Origin: Candidatus Latescibacterota bacterium
GTDB taxonomy: Bacteria > Latescibacterota > UBA2968 > GCA-2709665
Length of the DNA stretch: 64,000 nucleotides
Direction of reading: 5' to 3'
Assembly: GCA_963662665.2 (NCBI GenBank)
Contig: CAXXJS010000040.1
Span: 352,001-416,000 of the forward strand
Shown: piece after piece, positions 10,137 through 20,063 of the stretch
How the letters are laid out: the number at the start of each line of letters is the position of its first letter
Position numbering within the stretch: position 1 is the first letter of the stretch
Position numbers and translations under genes: made by a program
The notes under the pieces: model-generated
What the model saw: only the letters and a program-made list of their open reading frames with translations
Databases searched by the model: none
Told to the model about the DNA's origin: nothing

Positions 10137-10258
10137 CGGAGAGCCGCCGCGTACTTCAATCGGCAGGACGGCGACGGAAACGTCGACTTCGCGGACTTCA
10201 TCGCCTTCGCCCACGCATTCGGCGCCTGAAGAAACCGGCAATTCAGGAGAAATCGGCA

Positions 10259-11389
10259 GTGCCAACAATTGAGTTTCCGGACGGTCGCGAGTCGTTTCGG
10301 ACCCCTGGCCGCCTGGCCTGGCTCTGCATTCGCATCGCTGCCGGCGTTGCTGTCGTCGTAGTACCGTTCGGCTATGCGATCACCGGCGCCCACAAGGACG
10401 TCCTGATGGGGGCGGGTTCCGGGCTCGCGTTCGGCATCGGCCTGGGCCTTCGCATGGGGCAGCGTACCGGTCTGTCTACGGGCATCCTGATCGGTTCCGT
10501 GGCCGGGCTGATCACGGCGCTACTGGCCGGCATCATACCCCAGGACGGCACACTTTTCATCGTTCCGCCGGTCGTCGCGCTCGCCGTTGGTCTGGTCGAC
10601 GGCATCTCGCCGGCGGTCCGGCATGGATATCGGCGCGCCGTCCTCGAGTCCCTCACGATGTCGGTCCTGCTCGGATTGGGTCTGCTGCCCGGACTCGGCG
10701 TCCACGGGCTGATATCTTCACTAATGGTGATCGCGCCGACTGCCCTTATTGCGGGTTCGTACGGACAGATCGCCTCCAGGCGCCCTTTCCGTCCGCCGGC
10801 ATTGCTGATACTCGGGTCTCTGGCGATGTGGGCTTCTGTCGTATTTCTGGCAGCGGGGGAGTTCGAGAGGCGAACCGTCCACATATACGACGTTCCGATC
10901 AGCGCCATTCTGATCGCGACGATATATATTGTCGTGTGTATGATTATCGTACCGATCGCCACGTTCCTTACGGGGCGGGCGGCCGCGGTGTGGATTCAGC
11001 CGCGGCTTCGCGTTTACAGGCAACTCACCGAGTACCTGAGGGTAATGTGGGTCCCGATTGGCAGCTTTGCGATCGGCTATCTGACGCTGATTGTCCTGTT
11101 CGCCGGATTCTACGGCATGCTGGGACGATTCAGCCGGGACGCGTTCTCGGGTGACGGCAACGCATCCGGCATCGTCGACTGGATTGCGTTCTCTTTCTTT
11201 ACCTCTCTGGCGAGGGACTACTCGGAAATCATTCCTCAGTCCCTGGCGGCGCGTGCGCTTGTCGCCGGCCACCTGGTCCTTTCGATCGGGTGGGGCCTGG
11301 TTGTATTCGCTGCCGTGATGTCTTACATCCAACCGCAGATCGAGCGGATCGCCAGGCGGGAGAAAACCGGCGACGACGACGCGACCTGA
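10259..11389 (+). CDS. Multi-pass membrane protein with a C-terminal two-TM ion-channel-like module
   Basis: Many Gly-rich hydrophobic helices; the C-terminus LFAGFY...WIAFSFFTSLARDYSEIIPQSLAAR resembles a pore module. GTG start after AGGAGA. Confidence 0.7.
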   Translation: MPTIEFPDGRESFRTPGRLAWLCIRIAAGVAVVVVPFGYAITGAHKDVLMGAGSGLAFGIGLGLRMGQRTGLSTGILIGSVAGLITALLAGIIPQDGTLFIVPPVVALAVGLVDGISPAVRHGYRRAVLESLTMSVLLGLGLLPGLGVHGLISSLMVIAPTALIAGSYGQIASRRPFRPPALLILGSLAMWASVVFLAAGEFERRTVHIYDVPISAILIATIYIVVCMIIVPIATFLTGRAAAVWIQPRLRVYRQLTEYLRVMWVPIGSFAIGYLTLIVLFAGFYGMLGRFSRDAFSGDGNASGIVDWIAFSFFTSLARDYSEIIPQSLAARALVAGHLVLSIGWGLVVFAAVMSYIQPQIERIARREKTGDDDAT

Positions 11390-11423
11390 CTCGCGCGCAT
11401 GAAGGATGACACGGAGGACAGCA

Positions 11424-13856
11424 ATGTTGAAATTAAAGGTGTTGCAGGTTGAGGTGAACCGCGTGCGGTTGGGGGTCGAACTGGCAGATCACGCCGGGGC
11501 CCGGATATACCGGTCGCGGCGGGCAACCGGACCCTTTGAAGAGGTCGGGGTGGCGTTCAAGGAGACGTACGACGATACGGTGCATCTGGCGCCGGGCAGG
11601 ACACATTACTATCTGGCAATGGAATGGCGGGCGCCCAGTCTGTATCCGGAAACGAGCAGCCTCGGTGAAGGGACTCCGCTTAGAGTTACCGTGCCCCGCG
11701 CGCAGAAGGAACGCCGTTTCGTGCTGACGGAAAACCGGGAGGAATTTACGATCTCTATGGGTGGGTACCTGGACGAATCCAACACGGTCACGGTGGGCCC
11801 GGAGGTCTACTGTCCCGGCCCGAATTCGAGTATGCCGCCGTACGACCAGGTCTTCGAACCCAACCAGTACGTCGTCATCGAAAACCTGGGAGAGAACGAC
11901 GTGGAGAACCCGTGGGTGGTTGCCAACGGGCACCGGGACTGGTGGTCGGTGGAAACGATGACAAGAGAGATCGCCGGCATCGCCGGGGGCGGCCGGCTGG
12001 ACGACCGGGACAAGATGATGGCGATCTGGAAATTCGTGGTGGACGAACTCTATGACAGCCGCATCGGCCTGTCCTGGTTCGACCAGACCAGCGACCCGGT
12101 CAGACTCTTCAACGTCTACGGATTCGAGGGCTGCGTGGCCAACGCGATCACCAGCCGTCGCCTCGCCGAACAGATGGGCGTGAAGAGCCGGGAAATCTGG
12201 CTGGGCGGCACCATCGACGGATACGGGCGCGGGCGCAGTTGCGGGCACGATATCTTCGAGGCGTTCGCGGACGGGGACTGGCATTTTCTGGACACGGACC
12301 TGATGGTGTTTTTCCTCAAGCGGGACAACAGGACGGTTGCAGGATCCGAGGACTTTTCCCGGGATATCGACCTGCTGCGCCGCTCCCACCGCAATCTGGG
12401 GCTGTGTGGGCGCGATCTGCCCGAGAAGGACTATTACTACACGCCCTTCCGGGAACGCCAGTACGTCTATCCGCCCAATAAGGGCGGCGCATGGATGGAC
12501 GCCACGGGGAAGATAAAGCAGACGCCTGGCGAATACCCGCCAGCGCAGACGATGGCGCTGCGGCTCCGGCCGGGGGAGAAACTCGTCCGCTATTGGGACA
12601 ACGTGGGAAAGAACGTGATCAGGGGGAAACGGCTCTACCCGACCGTGAAATATTCCAACGGGAAACTGGCGTACCGGCCCGACCTTCGCGGTCCGCTTGC
12701 ATTGAATGGGATGGAATCGATAATCAATGTCGCGCAGGAGACGTCGGGGAGTCGCGTTGCCCTGCATCCGGAAAAGAAAAGCGAGGTTTCGGAGGTGGTG
12801 TGGCGGGTGGCGTCTCCCTATGCAATTGCCGGGGCGCGGCTGGGCATCCGATGTCGATGCGACACGCAGGAAGACGGCCTGGAAGTGCTGTTTTCCAAGG
12901 ATGGCGAAACCTGGCGGTCCTTGTGGGTCGCCATCGGACGGCGTCTGGACGCCTGCGTGAACCTGGACTGGTACCTGAACCCGGCCCTGAACGACTGGCG
13001 TGGGGAAACCGACCTCGGATGGCGGATGGGGCCCTGTTATCAGTACTACATAAAAGTGGCCATGTGGGCGGGGTCCCGGCCCCACGGGGTGGGACTGGAC
13101 GCGATCCGTTTCGATACGGATATCCAGTGCGCCACGCGGTCCCTGCCTTCGCTATTCTGCGGCGAGAACAAGGTCGCGTATCGGGACGACGGCCCGGGGG
13201 ATCGAAAGGTACAGGTCACGTATGGCTGGCAGGAGGAACGATTCATCCGGCCACCGGGAACGCCCGGGTTGGTTTTTCCCGAAAATGGATCCGACGTCAA
13301 CAGCCTGGATTTCGAATTTCGCTGGAAGCGTCCGCGAGCGGGCAGCGGGGAAGTCGACGATTACCATATCCAGGTGAGCCGATACGCGGACTTCAGATGG
13401 TGCGTATGCCCCGCATTCGACCGATATGTAGGAAGAACCGCCTGCGCGGGCGGGACGACGTGGCAGGCGGAGTTTCCGAATCTCCTGAATCCTGACGAAA
13501 CCTATTATTGGCGTGTCAGGGCGCGGAATGAAAAGGGCGTATGGGGAGACTGGAGCGAAGTGCGTTCCTTCGTGCCCCACGGACCGCGCCTTCCGATCGA
13601 CCTCACGGTGAAGGGCCGGGGTAAAGTGCGAACGCTGGAATGGTCCGCGAACGTGGACGGGAACCCGGCGGTGCGTTATCGTGTTCACGGGTGCCCCGAG
13701 CCCGGCGGATTCTCCGCGACGGATGAGAACCTGCTGGGCGACGTCGAAGAGGCCCGCTGGCCGCTGAATGGCGTGGAGAAGGGCATGTCCTATCGTGTCG
13801 TGGCGGTGGACGCCGGCGGCGTCACGAGTACGCCGTCGGAATACATTACGGTGTGA
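11424..13856 (+). CDS. Hypothetical protein with transglutaminase-like core and fibronectin type III domains
   Basis: NVYGFEGCVANA, GHDIFE and WHFLDTD give a Cys-His-Asp pattern; FN3 motifs YYWRVRARN..GVWGDWS and YRVVAVDAGG. GGAGG RBS. Confidence 0.7.
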   Translation: MLKLKVLQVEVNRVRLGVELADHAGARIYRSRRATGPFEEVGVAFKETYDDTVHLAPGRTHYYLAMEWRAPSLYPETSSLGEGTPLRVTVPRAQKERRFVLTENREEFTISMGGYLDESNTVTVGPEVYCPGPNSSMPPYDQVFEPNQYVVIENLGENDVENPWVVANGHRDWWSVETMTREIAGIAGGGRLDDRDKMMAIWKFVVDELYDSRIGLSWFDQTSDPVRLFNVYGFEGCVANAITSRRLAEQMGVKSREIWLGGTIDGYGRGRSCGHDIFEAFADGDWHFLDTDLMVFFLKRDNRTVAGSEDFSRDIDLLRRSHRNLGLCGRDLPEKDYYYTPFRERQYVYPPNKGGAWMDATGKIKQTPGEYPPAQTMALRLRPGEKLVRYWDNVGKNVIRGKRLYPTVKYSNGKLAYRPDLRGPLALNGMESIINVAQETSGSRVALHPEKKSEVSEVVWRVASPYAIAGARLGIRCRCDTQEDGLEVLFSKDGETWRSLWVAIGRRLDACVNLDWYLNPALNDWRGETDLGWRMGPCYQYYIKVAMWAGSRPHGVGLDAIRFDTDIQCATRSLPSLFCGENKVAYRDDGPGDRKVQVTYGWQEERFIRPPGTPGLVFPENGSDVNSLDFEFRWKRPRAGSGEVDDYHIQVSRYADFRWCVCPAFDRYVGRTACAGGTTWQAEFPNLLNPDETYYWRVRARNEKGVWGDWSEVRSFVPHGPRLPIDLTVKGRGKVRTLEWSANVDGNPAVRYRVHGCPEPGGFSATDENLLGDVEEARWPLNGVEKGMSYRVVAVDAGGVTSTPSEYITV

Positions 13857-13962
13857 GCGCAATCCAACTTTCTTGATGAAGACCGTTTCAGCGGGAATTC
13901 GGCCACAAGGGCCGGACGGAGCCCGGATGGGCTCTTTCAACGGGCTGATAAGGGAGAAACGT

Positions 13963-15012
13963 ATGTCCGGACGCGAATACAGTGCGGTTATCGTGGGGCT
14001 GACGGGAATCGGGGCCAGACGTCCGGCGGAAGCGGAGGGTCTGCCGCTATACGGCGCGATGCCCATGTCGCATGCCTCGGCTTATTACCGGTGTCCTCAG
14101 ACCCGTCTGACCGCCGTGTGCGACCTTCGCAAGGAGGCGCTGGACGGTTTCCGGGAGAATTGGAAAGACGTGTGGCCGGAGATGCACTACTACGTCGATT
14201 ATCGGGAGATGCTGGAAGCCGAAAGTCCCGATCTGGTGAGCGTCGCGACGTCCGACCACGTCCACGCCGATATCGTTGTGGCCGCGGCAGAGCGCGGTAC
14301 GCCCGCGATTCTTTGCGAGAAACCCCTGGCAACAACGCTCGAAGACGCCGACCGAATGATTGCCGCGGCCGAAGCAAACGGGACCATTCTTTCAGTCGAC
14401 CACTCCCGCAGGTGGTACCCGCAGTACCTCAAGGCGCGTGAGATTATCAGAAGCGGGCAGATCGGACCGCTACGCACCATCGAGTGCGAGATGTTCGGCC
14501 TGCGATCGATGCTGTTTCGCAACGGGACCCACGCCCTGGATACGGTCTGCTTTTTCGCCGACGGAGACCCCCTTTGGCTGGTGGCGGACCTGGAGGACGG
14601 GTTCGAACATTTCACCGAGTATCAGGGAGGCGGAGGAAAGGATGCCGCGAGCGATCCGTATGCTTCGGCCTATATCCGGTTCGAGAACGGTGTCAGGGCT
14701 TTTTTCAACTCCTGCAAGACGGCTTTTTCCGGGTGGCGATTCGTTCTGACATGCGAAGACGGGCGTGTGGAAGCGACCGATACGTCTGCCAGGCTGATCC
14801 GCGGGACCCCGTTCGACACTTCCGAGATTGTCACAGAACACTACATGCTGCATTCCAAGGGCGCCCTGGTGGCGGAACTGGTGCATCTGCTGGAACACGG
14901 CGGAAACCCGGTGTCTCCCGCGAGGGAGGCGCGAAAGTCGCTGGAGATTATCCTGGGTATCCTGAAGTCGCACCACGCGGGCAACGCCCGGGTCGACTTT
15001 CCACTGTCCTGA
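13963..15012 (+). CDS. Gfo/Idh/MocA family oxidoreductase
   Basis: IVGLTGIG, DLVSVAT, CEKPLA, GTHALD; GGGAG RBS. Confidence 0.9.
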   Translation: MSGREYSAVIVGLTGIGARRPAEAEGLPLYGAMPMSHASAYYRCPQTRLTAVCDLRKEALDGFRENWKDVWPEMHYYVDYREMLEAESPDLVSVATSDHVHADIVVAAAERGTPAILCEKPLATTLEDADRMIAAAEANGTILSVDHSRRWYPQYLKAREIIRSGQIGPLRTIECEMFGLRSMLFRNGTHALDTVCFFADGDPLWLVADLEDGFEHFTEYQGGGGKDAASDPYASAYIRFENGVRAFFNSCKTAFSGWRFVLTCEDGRVEATDTSARLIRGTPFDTSEIVTEHYMLHSKGALVAELVHLLEHGGNPVSPAREARKSLEIILGILKSHHAGNARVDFPLS

Positions 15013-15024
15013 GGAGGACGCCTT

Positions 15025-16317
15025 ATGAAGATTGTCGATCCGGATGCTGTCTGGGACGTGCGCCCGTGGGGGTGTCCGGCTTTCACCGTGCAGGACTTCA
15101 ACGGCGATGGAAAGAACGAAGTCCTGTTCGTGCAGAACGCGGGCGCGCATGCCAACGAAGCGTTCGATCCGCGTTTTCCTGAGGTACAGGGGTACAAGAC
15201 CGGCGTGGAAGAACAGGAGCTTTTCTGTCTGACCCTTACCGACGGGGCGGGACAGATTCTATGGCAGGTGGGAGAACCGTGGGGGCTCGACAGACCGTTC
15301 TCGTGGAACGGAAGCAATTTCTGCCAGGTGGTGGATCTGGACGGGGACGGACAGGTCGAGATAATGCTCATCCACAAATCCGAGTTGATGGTGTACAAAG
15401 GGGCCACCGGTGAGTTGCGAAGCACGCACAGGCTGCCCCATTCGGGTTTTTATTACGCCCGAGCGGTCCGGACCGATCGCTCAGGCAGGTATCACATCTT
15501 CACGAAGAGCGTGACCACCTCGGCCACTCACGGCTACGGGAATCCTTCTCTCCTGCTGGACCACAACTTCAACGTGGTATGGGAGGTGGAGGTGGACGGC
15601 GCCGGCCATGGCGGCAATTACGCCGACGTGGACGGCGACGGGCTGGACGAACTCCTGATCGGCTTCAGCCTGTTCGACCACGACGGCGGCCCCCTGTGGT
15701 CGCATCCCCCCATGTCCGAAAACGATCATCTGGACGATTCTGTGATTGCCGATATAGACGACGACGGACGGCTCGAATTCGCCCTTGCCCACGACGGGCA
15801 CGATGCGGTCGTACACAATTCGGACGGAACGGTGCGGTTCACCGTTCCGATGCATCATTGCCAGAACATCCTGCCGGGAAGATTCTTCGAGGACGAAACC
15901 GGGCTGCAACTGGCCTTTGTGGACAAGGCGATGGGACGTGCGGAGGAACGGGAGGCCGCAATCGTCAATTCCGGCGGCCGCGAGTTGTCCAGGCATCGGA
16001 CGATGGGCTATTATTCGGTCATTTCCTGGGCGACCGATCTGGGCAGAGACAGCCTGATGCGCCTGGAATGGCCGGCCCGATCCAGCGCCGAACACCGCGT
16101 GTTGTGGGTGGACCCCACGGGAAGGGAACTCGCGCGGCTGAAAGTCAGAGTGAATTTCCACGACCGGTTTCAGAAGTTCGGTCTCGAGTCATTTCCCGCC
16201 GGGGGCCGTTATTTCGGGACGTGCCATAACTCCGCCATCGGAGACCTCGACGGAGATGGACACGACGAGTTCCTGGTAACGGATCGTGAGAAGGTATGGG
16301 TTTTCAAGAAGCCATGA
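15025..16317 (+). CDS. FG-GAP/VCBS-repeat beta-propeller protein (rhamnogalacturonan-lyase-like)
   Basis: Repeated DxxGDGxxE Ca-binding motifs (DFNGDGKNE, DLDGDGQVE, DVDGDGLDE, DIDDDGRLE, DLDGDGHDE). Confidence 0.7.
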   Translation: MKIVDPDAVWDVRPWGCPAFTVQDFNGDGKNEVLFVQNAGAHANEAFDPRFPEVQGYKTGVEEQELFCLTLTDGAGQILWQVGEPWGLDRPFSWNGSNFCQVVDLDGDGQVEIMLIHKSELMVYKGATGELRSTHRLPHSGFYYARAVRTDRSGRYHIFTKSVTTSATHGYGNPSLLLDHNFNVVWEVEVDGAGHGGNYADVDGDGLDELLIGFSLFDHDGGPLWSHPPMSENDHLDDSVIADIDDDGRLEFALAHDGHDAVVHNSDGTVRFTVPMHHCQNILPGRFFEDETGLQLAFVDKAMGRAEEREAAIVNSGGRELSRHRTMGYYSVISWATDLGRDSLMRLEWPARSSAEHRVLWVDPTGRELARLKVRVNFHDRFQKFGLESFPAGGRYFGTCHNSAIGDLDGDGHDEFLVTDREKVWVFKKP

Positions 16318-17723
16318 CGCCCGAAGCCATTCTTAACAGGGTCTGCGATTCGATCGACGTGCTGGTTGAGTTGGGAAAGCCCTACAGTGGTCTGTTTCCG
16401 TCCATGCTGGATCTGGAAACGCATCGGATGTTGACGGAACTGCCGCCGCCGATTCACGGACAGCGGATGGGCGACCGCGCTTTCCTTGGCAGCAATCTCA
16501 TGCACGACCAGCACGTGCTCAAGATCATGTACACCCTGGACCGTGACGGTTACCGGGATGCAGCTGACAGGTACCTGCACCGGTTCGCGACCCATTGCAC
16601 GGATACGGTTACCGGCCTGTTCCCGTGGGGGGAGCACGCGTACTGGCACCTCGTAGAGGACCGGGTGGGCGACAGCCACCGCCTGGCCGATCCCGATAAG
16701 CCGCCGGGTACGACGCTGCACGACCATCTGCGGCAGTCGCCCGTCTGGCTGTGGGAAAAGCTGTATGCGTTCAACCCCCGGTGCGTCGAGCGGTTTGCCG
16801 AAGGGCTGGACTATCACTATAAGGACGGAGCGCCCAGGGAATACATCCGGCACGCCCACGTCGAGCGCAGAGAGCGGCTGGACCGGGGACCGGAGTCCAC
16901 GGATTTTCCCCGTCACGGCGGGTTTTACATTCTGGACTGGGCGTTCGCCTGCGTGAAGACGAGACGCGGGGATTTTCTGAGACAGATCCGCACCATGCTG
17001 GACTACTGGTGGCCCCACCGGGACGCGTCCGGCCTGTTGCTGTCCAAGACGAGGTGTCCTGAAGCGTCGGCGCTGATGCACAACGTGAACACCCCCCCGC
17101 AGACGGTTTCACTCGCGGCCAGCCTGCTGGAGGCCGCTGAACTGCTCAATGGAAATGCGCCGGAGCTGATCGACCTTATGCGGAGGCGAGCCGGTGTGTA
17201 TATCGAAGGCTTTCTGTCGGCCCCTCACGATCCGGACGCGGGCGTCTTCGTGGCAGCATGCCGGCGTGAAACGAATGAAGTGGTGAGCACGAACCCCGTC
17301 TGGGGAAGCATCTATGGGAACTGGCCGCTGGCTTACGTGGCGCTGATCGCCCTGTGCATCTACAGGATGACGGAGGACGAACGGCTGCTGAATTGGGCGG
17401 AAAATGCCGGGCGCTGGTATCTGAAATCCCACTTCCCCGAAGGCGTACCGGTCCCGGCGATGGATGCCGGGCTGGGGCTCGAGTTGCTCGCGGACCTCTA
17501 CGATCTCACCGGCGACACATTCTGGCTGGAACGCGGTCTGGAGTTGGCCCGGACGATGGTCCCCATTTATATGGACGGGGGTCTCGTGCGGGGCGCGGCG
17601 GGTATCGATTGGTACGAGTCCCAGATGGTTCCGGGGGACCTGCTGCACGGCATGGCGAGGCTGGCGTTGCTCGCCATACACGGGGATGCGTGTCCTCTGA
17701 CAACGAACTATACCGCGAAGTGA
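16314..17723 (+). CDS. Hypothetical protein, probably alpha-helical toroid fold
   Basis: Long ORF with ATGA overlap to the upstream stop; TGLFPWGEH motif; no family recognised with confidence. Confidence 0.7.
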   Translation: MTPEAILNRVCDSIDVLVELGKPYSGLFPSMLDLETHRMLTELPPPIHGQRMGDRAFLGSNLMHDQHVLKIMYTLDRDGYRDAADRYLHRFATHCTDTVTGLFPWGEHAYWHLVEDRVGDSHRLADPDKPPGTTLHDHLRQSPVWLWEKLYAFNPRCVERFAEGLDYHYKDGAPREYIRHAHVERRERLDRGPESTDFPRHGGFYILDWAFACVKTRRGDFLRQIRTMLDYWWPHRDASGLLLSKTRCPEASALMHNVNTPPQTVSLAASLLEAAELLNGNAPELIDLMRRRAGVYIEGFLSAPHDPDAGVFVAACRRETNEVVSTNPVWGSIYGNWPLAYVALIALCIYRMTEDERLLNWAENAGRWYLKSHFPEGVPVPAMDAGLGLELLADLYDLTGDTFWLERGLELARTMVPIYMDGGLVRGAAGIDWYESQMVPGDLLHGMARLALLAIHGDACPLTTNYTAK

Positions 17724-17731
17724 GGTGATTC

Positions 17732-18781
17732 GTGCGTGGAAAGACGTTCAAGCTGTGGGCGGGAGGGGACGCGCACGTGGGCACGGACCTGGCGGCGGGC
17801 AATCGCCGCAGCCTGGCCGAGGCGATCATGCAGGCCGAAAAGGGCGGCGCGGACGGCGGGCCGCCGTTCGAGTGGGACATCATGCTGGATGTTGGAGACC
17901 TGTCGGGATCACAGACGCCGCCGGACGACGAGGAAGGAGAAGAGGTCGTCAGTCAGTACAGCGTGTCGACCCTTCATCCCCGCGAAGACTTCTACAATAT
18001 CGTGGGCAACCACGACGCGAGCGGTCCGGGCGAGCCGCGCCAGTGGTGGTTCCGGAAATGGGTGGATCCAACCGGCGAGAATACCGGGTATTCCAACGTC
18101 CACGCCGGCAGGCGGCCGTATCCGATCGAAGGGACCTGGGAACGGTATTCGTTTCAGGTTGGGAATATCCTGTTTCTCGCGATGGGAGACCGGAACGACG
18201 GCGGGCCGCCGGTTGGGCGGGCTGCCAGAGGCGGGTTTCCGGCCGGCGCGGTGACGCCCGAGACGTTTGAATGGTGGAAAGAGAAAGTGGAAGCAAACCA
18301 GGACAAGATCATTGTGACGGCGCACCATCACATGTTGAAGAACACAACGGTGGCGTCCGGACCCTGGGAGGGCGTTGACGGCGGATATCACGGCCGGTTC
18401 GAAGACGGCGCGCCCATCGGCGCGTCCTACCTTTATTTCGTAGGGAAAACACCGGATGCCGGGGTATTCGAGTCCTACCTTGAAGCGCATCCGGGTGCGA
18501 TCGACCTCTGGCTGGGCGGTCATACCCACACGAATCCGGACGACACCCACGGCGGGCGGTCTCACGTGGAGCTGAAATGGGGCGTGACCTTTGTCAACGT
18601 GGCGGCGATTTCCAGATATCATGGTAAGAGGAACATCTCGATGAGCAGGCTGCTGACGTTCACGGAAGGAACGTCGGAGGCCAATATCAGGTGCTATCTT
18701 CATATGAGCGATTACTCGGCCCAGGGTTGGTACGACAGCGCGGAACGGACGGCGCCGCTTCGGGCGGCATTCTCATATTGA
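17732..18781 (+). CDS. Calcineurin-like metallophosphoesterase
   Basis: GDAHVG, VGDL, GNHD, HH and GGHTH motifs; GAGGTG RBS. Confidence 0.88.
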   Translation: MRGKTFKLWAGGDAHVGTDLAAGNRRSLAEAIMQAEKGGADGGPPFEWDIMLDVGDLSGSQTPPDDEEGEEVVSQYSVSTLHPREDFYNIVGNHDASGPGEPRQWWFRKWVDPTGENTGYSNVHAGRRPYPIEGTWERYSFQVGNILFLAMGDRNDGGPPVGRAARGGFPAGAVTPETFEWWKEKVEANQDKIIVTAHHHMLKNTTVASGPWEGVDGGYHGRFEDGAPIGASYLYFVGKTPDAGVFESYLEAHPGAIDLWLGGHTHTNPDDTHGGRSHVELKWGVTFVNVAAISRYHGKRNISMSRLLTFTEGTSEANIRCYLHMSDYSAQGWYDSAERTAPLRAAFSY

Positions 18782-18884
18782 AGGGCGCACCGCGCACAGG
18801 GTCGGCCGGTGGATGCACGCAGTGGCGCATTGCCGGACCCATTTAACCGATAAGGACGGCTGGTATCGGCGGGCGGAGCGAAAG

Positions 18885-19850
18885 ATGAAGACATTCGAGA
18901 TCGACGGAAGGGACAAGCGGGGACCCATCCGGCTGAAGATAGAGGTCGACAACCCCTTCGAAGGCGGCGGACGGTGGTTACGGGGCGGTCTGCATTCCCA
19001 CGTGGCGCAGATGGGCGAGTCGCGCGAAGTTTGCGAGCACTACAGGAACCTGGGGTTCGATTTTCTTGCGACAACCGACTATCTCAGTATCACGCCAATG
19101 CCGGATGCAACGGAAGCCTTCGTGACCGTGCCCGGAGCAGAGGTTTTCTGCCCCGAAGGGGACGATCTGACCCACATTATCTGCCTGGGCCTGCGGCATC
19201 TGCCCCGGCCCCTGGACGGCACCCTGGAAGACGTCTCCCGCCTGGTTCGGGACACCGGGGCGCAGGGCGGGCTGGCGGTAATGGCCCACCCCGCCTGGAG
19301 CGACTATTCCTGGGAGAAAGCCTATGCCCTGGCGAGGTCCGGCGTCATCGGGCTGGAGGTGAGCAACCGGCTGACCTGGCAGATCAACGGCAAGGAGCGT
19401 TCCGAGGAACTCTGGCAGATGCTCATTAACGCCGGGGTCCGCCTGGCCGCAATTGGCGTGGACGATGCGATTGTGCTGAAGGATGCGGACGTGACGGGGC
19501 GGACCTGGACAGGAGTGCTCGTGCGGCAACCGGGGGTCGAGGGAATTCTGGAGGGAATTCGCGCACACCGGACCTACGCCAGCGAGGGGCCTGAGATTCG
19601 CGAATTCCGCATTGAGACGCGGGGAGCGGTCGTGGTGGAATGCAGCCCATGCACGGCGTGTCACATCCGGTCGAAGGGGTTCGGCGTCCGCAGCGTCCAG
19701 GCTGCGGCGCCTTCGAAACGGTTCGAGGTGGACCTGACCGTGGACGGTTACCGATTGCGGGACTGGGTATTCGCTTGTGTGGAGGACGAATGCGGGCGCC
19801 GGGCATGGACCAGCGCCATACCCGTCCGCGTTGAAAAGACAACCCTTTAA
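18885..19850 (+). CDS. PHP-domain (CehA/McbA-like) metallohydrolase
   Basis: GGLHSH, DFLATTDY, MAHPAWS, GLEVSN, GVDDA, YASEGP. Confidence 0.8.
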   Translation: MKTFEIDGRDKRGPIRLKIEVDNPFEGGGRWLRGGLHSHVAQMGESREVCEHYRNLGFDFLATTDYLSITPMPDATEAFVTVPGAEVFCPEGDDLTHIICLGLRHLPRPLDGTLEDVSRLVRDTGAQGGLAVMAHPAWSDYSWEKAYALARSGVIGLEVSNRLTWQINGKERSEELWQMLINAGVRLAAIGVDDAIVLKDADVTGRTWTGVLVRQPGVEGILEGIRAHRTYASEGPEIREFRIETRGAVVVECSPCTACHIRSKGFGVRSVQAAAPSKRFEVDLTVDGYRLRDWVFACVEDECGRRAWTSAIPVRVEKTTL

Positions 19851-20063
19851 CCTTGATTCGTAATTCTTCGGGGAAGTAAAACCGAATATATGCAAGTAGA
19901 TAAAGGCGATTTGACTTCGGATTACCAGGATACACCAGGTCACTGGACATTAACTGAAAAAACGTCCTTTTTGACGACCGTTACGCCCCGTTTCAGGGGC
20001 TTTCGTCGCGTCGCCGAGTTGCTGTTTTTTTGAATTCGGGCGAATTTTACGGAAAGGGTAAGG

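Noticed and set aside
10134-10190. Selenocysteine recoding of the GWxTD UGA
   Set aside because: No convincing SECIS hairpin and no redox Cys-equivalent context.
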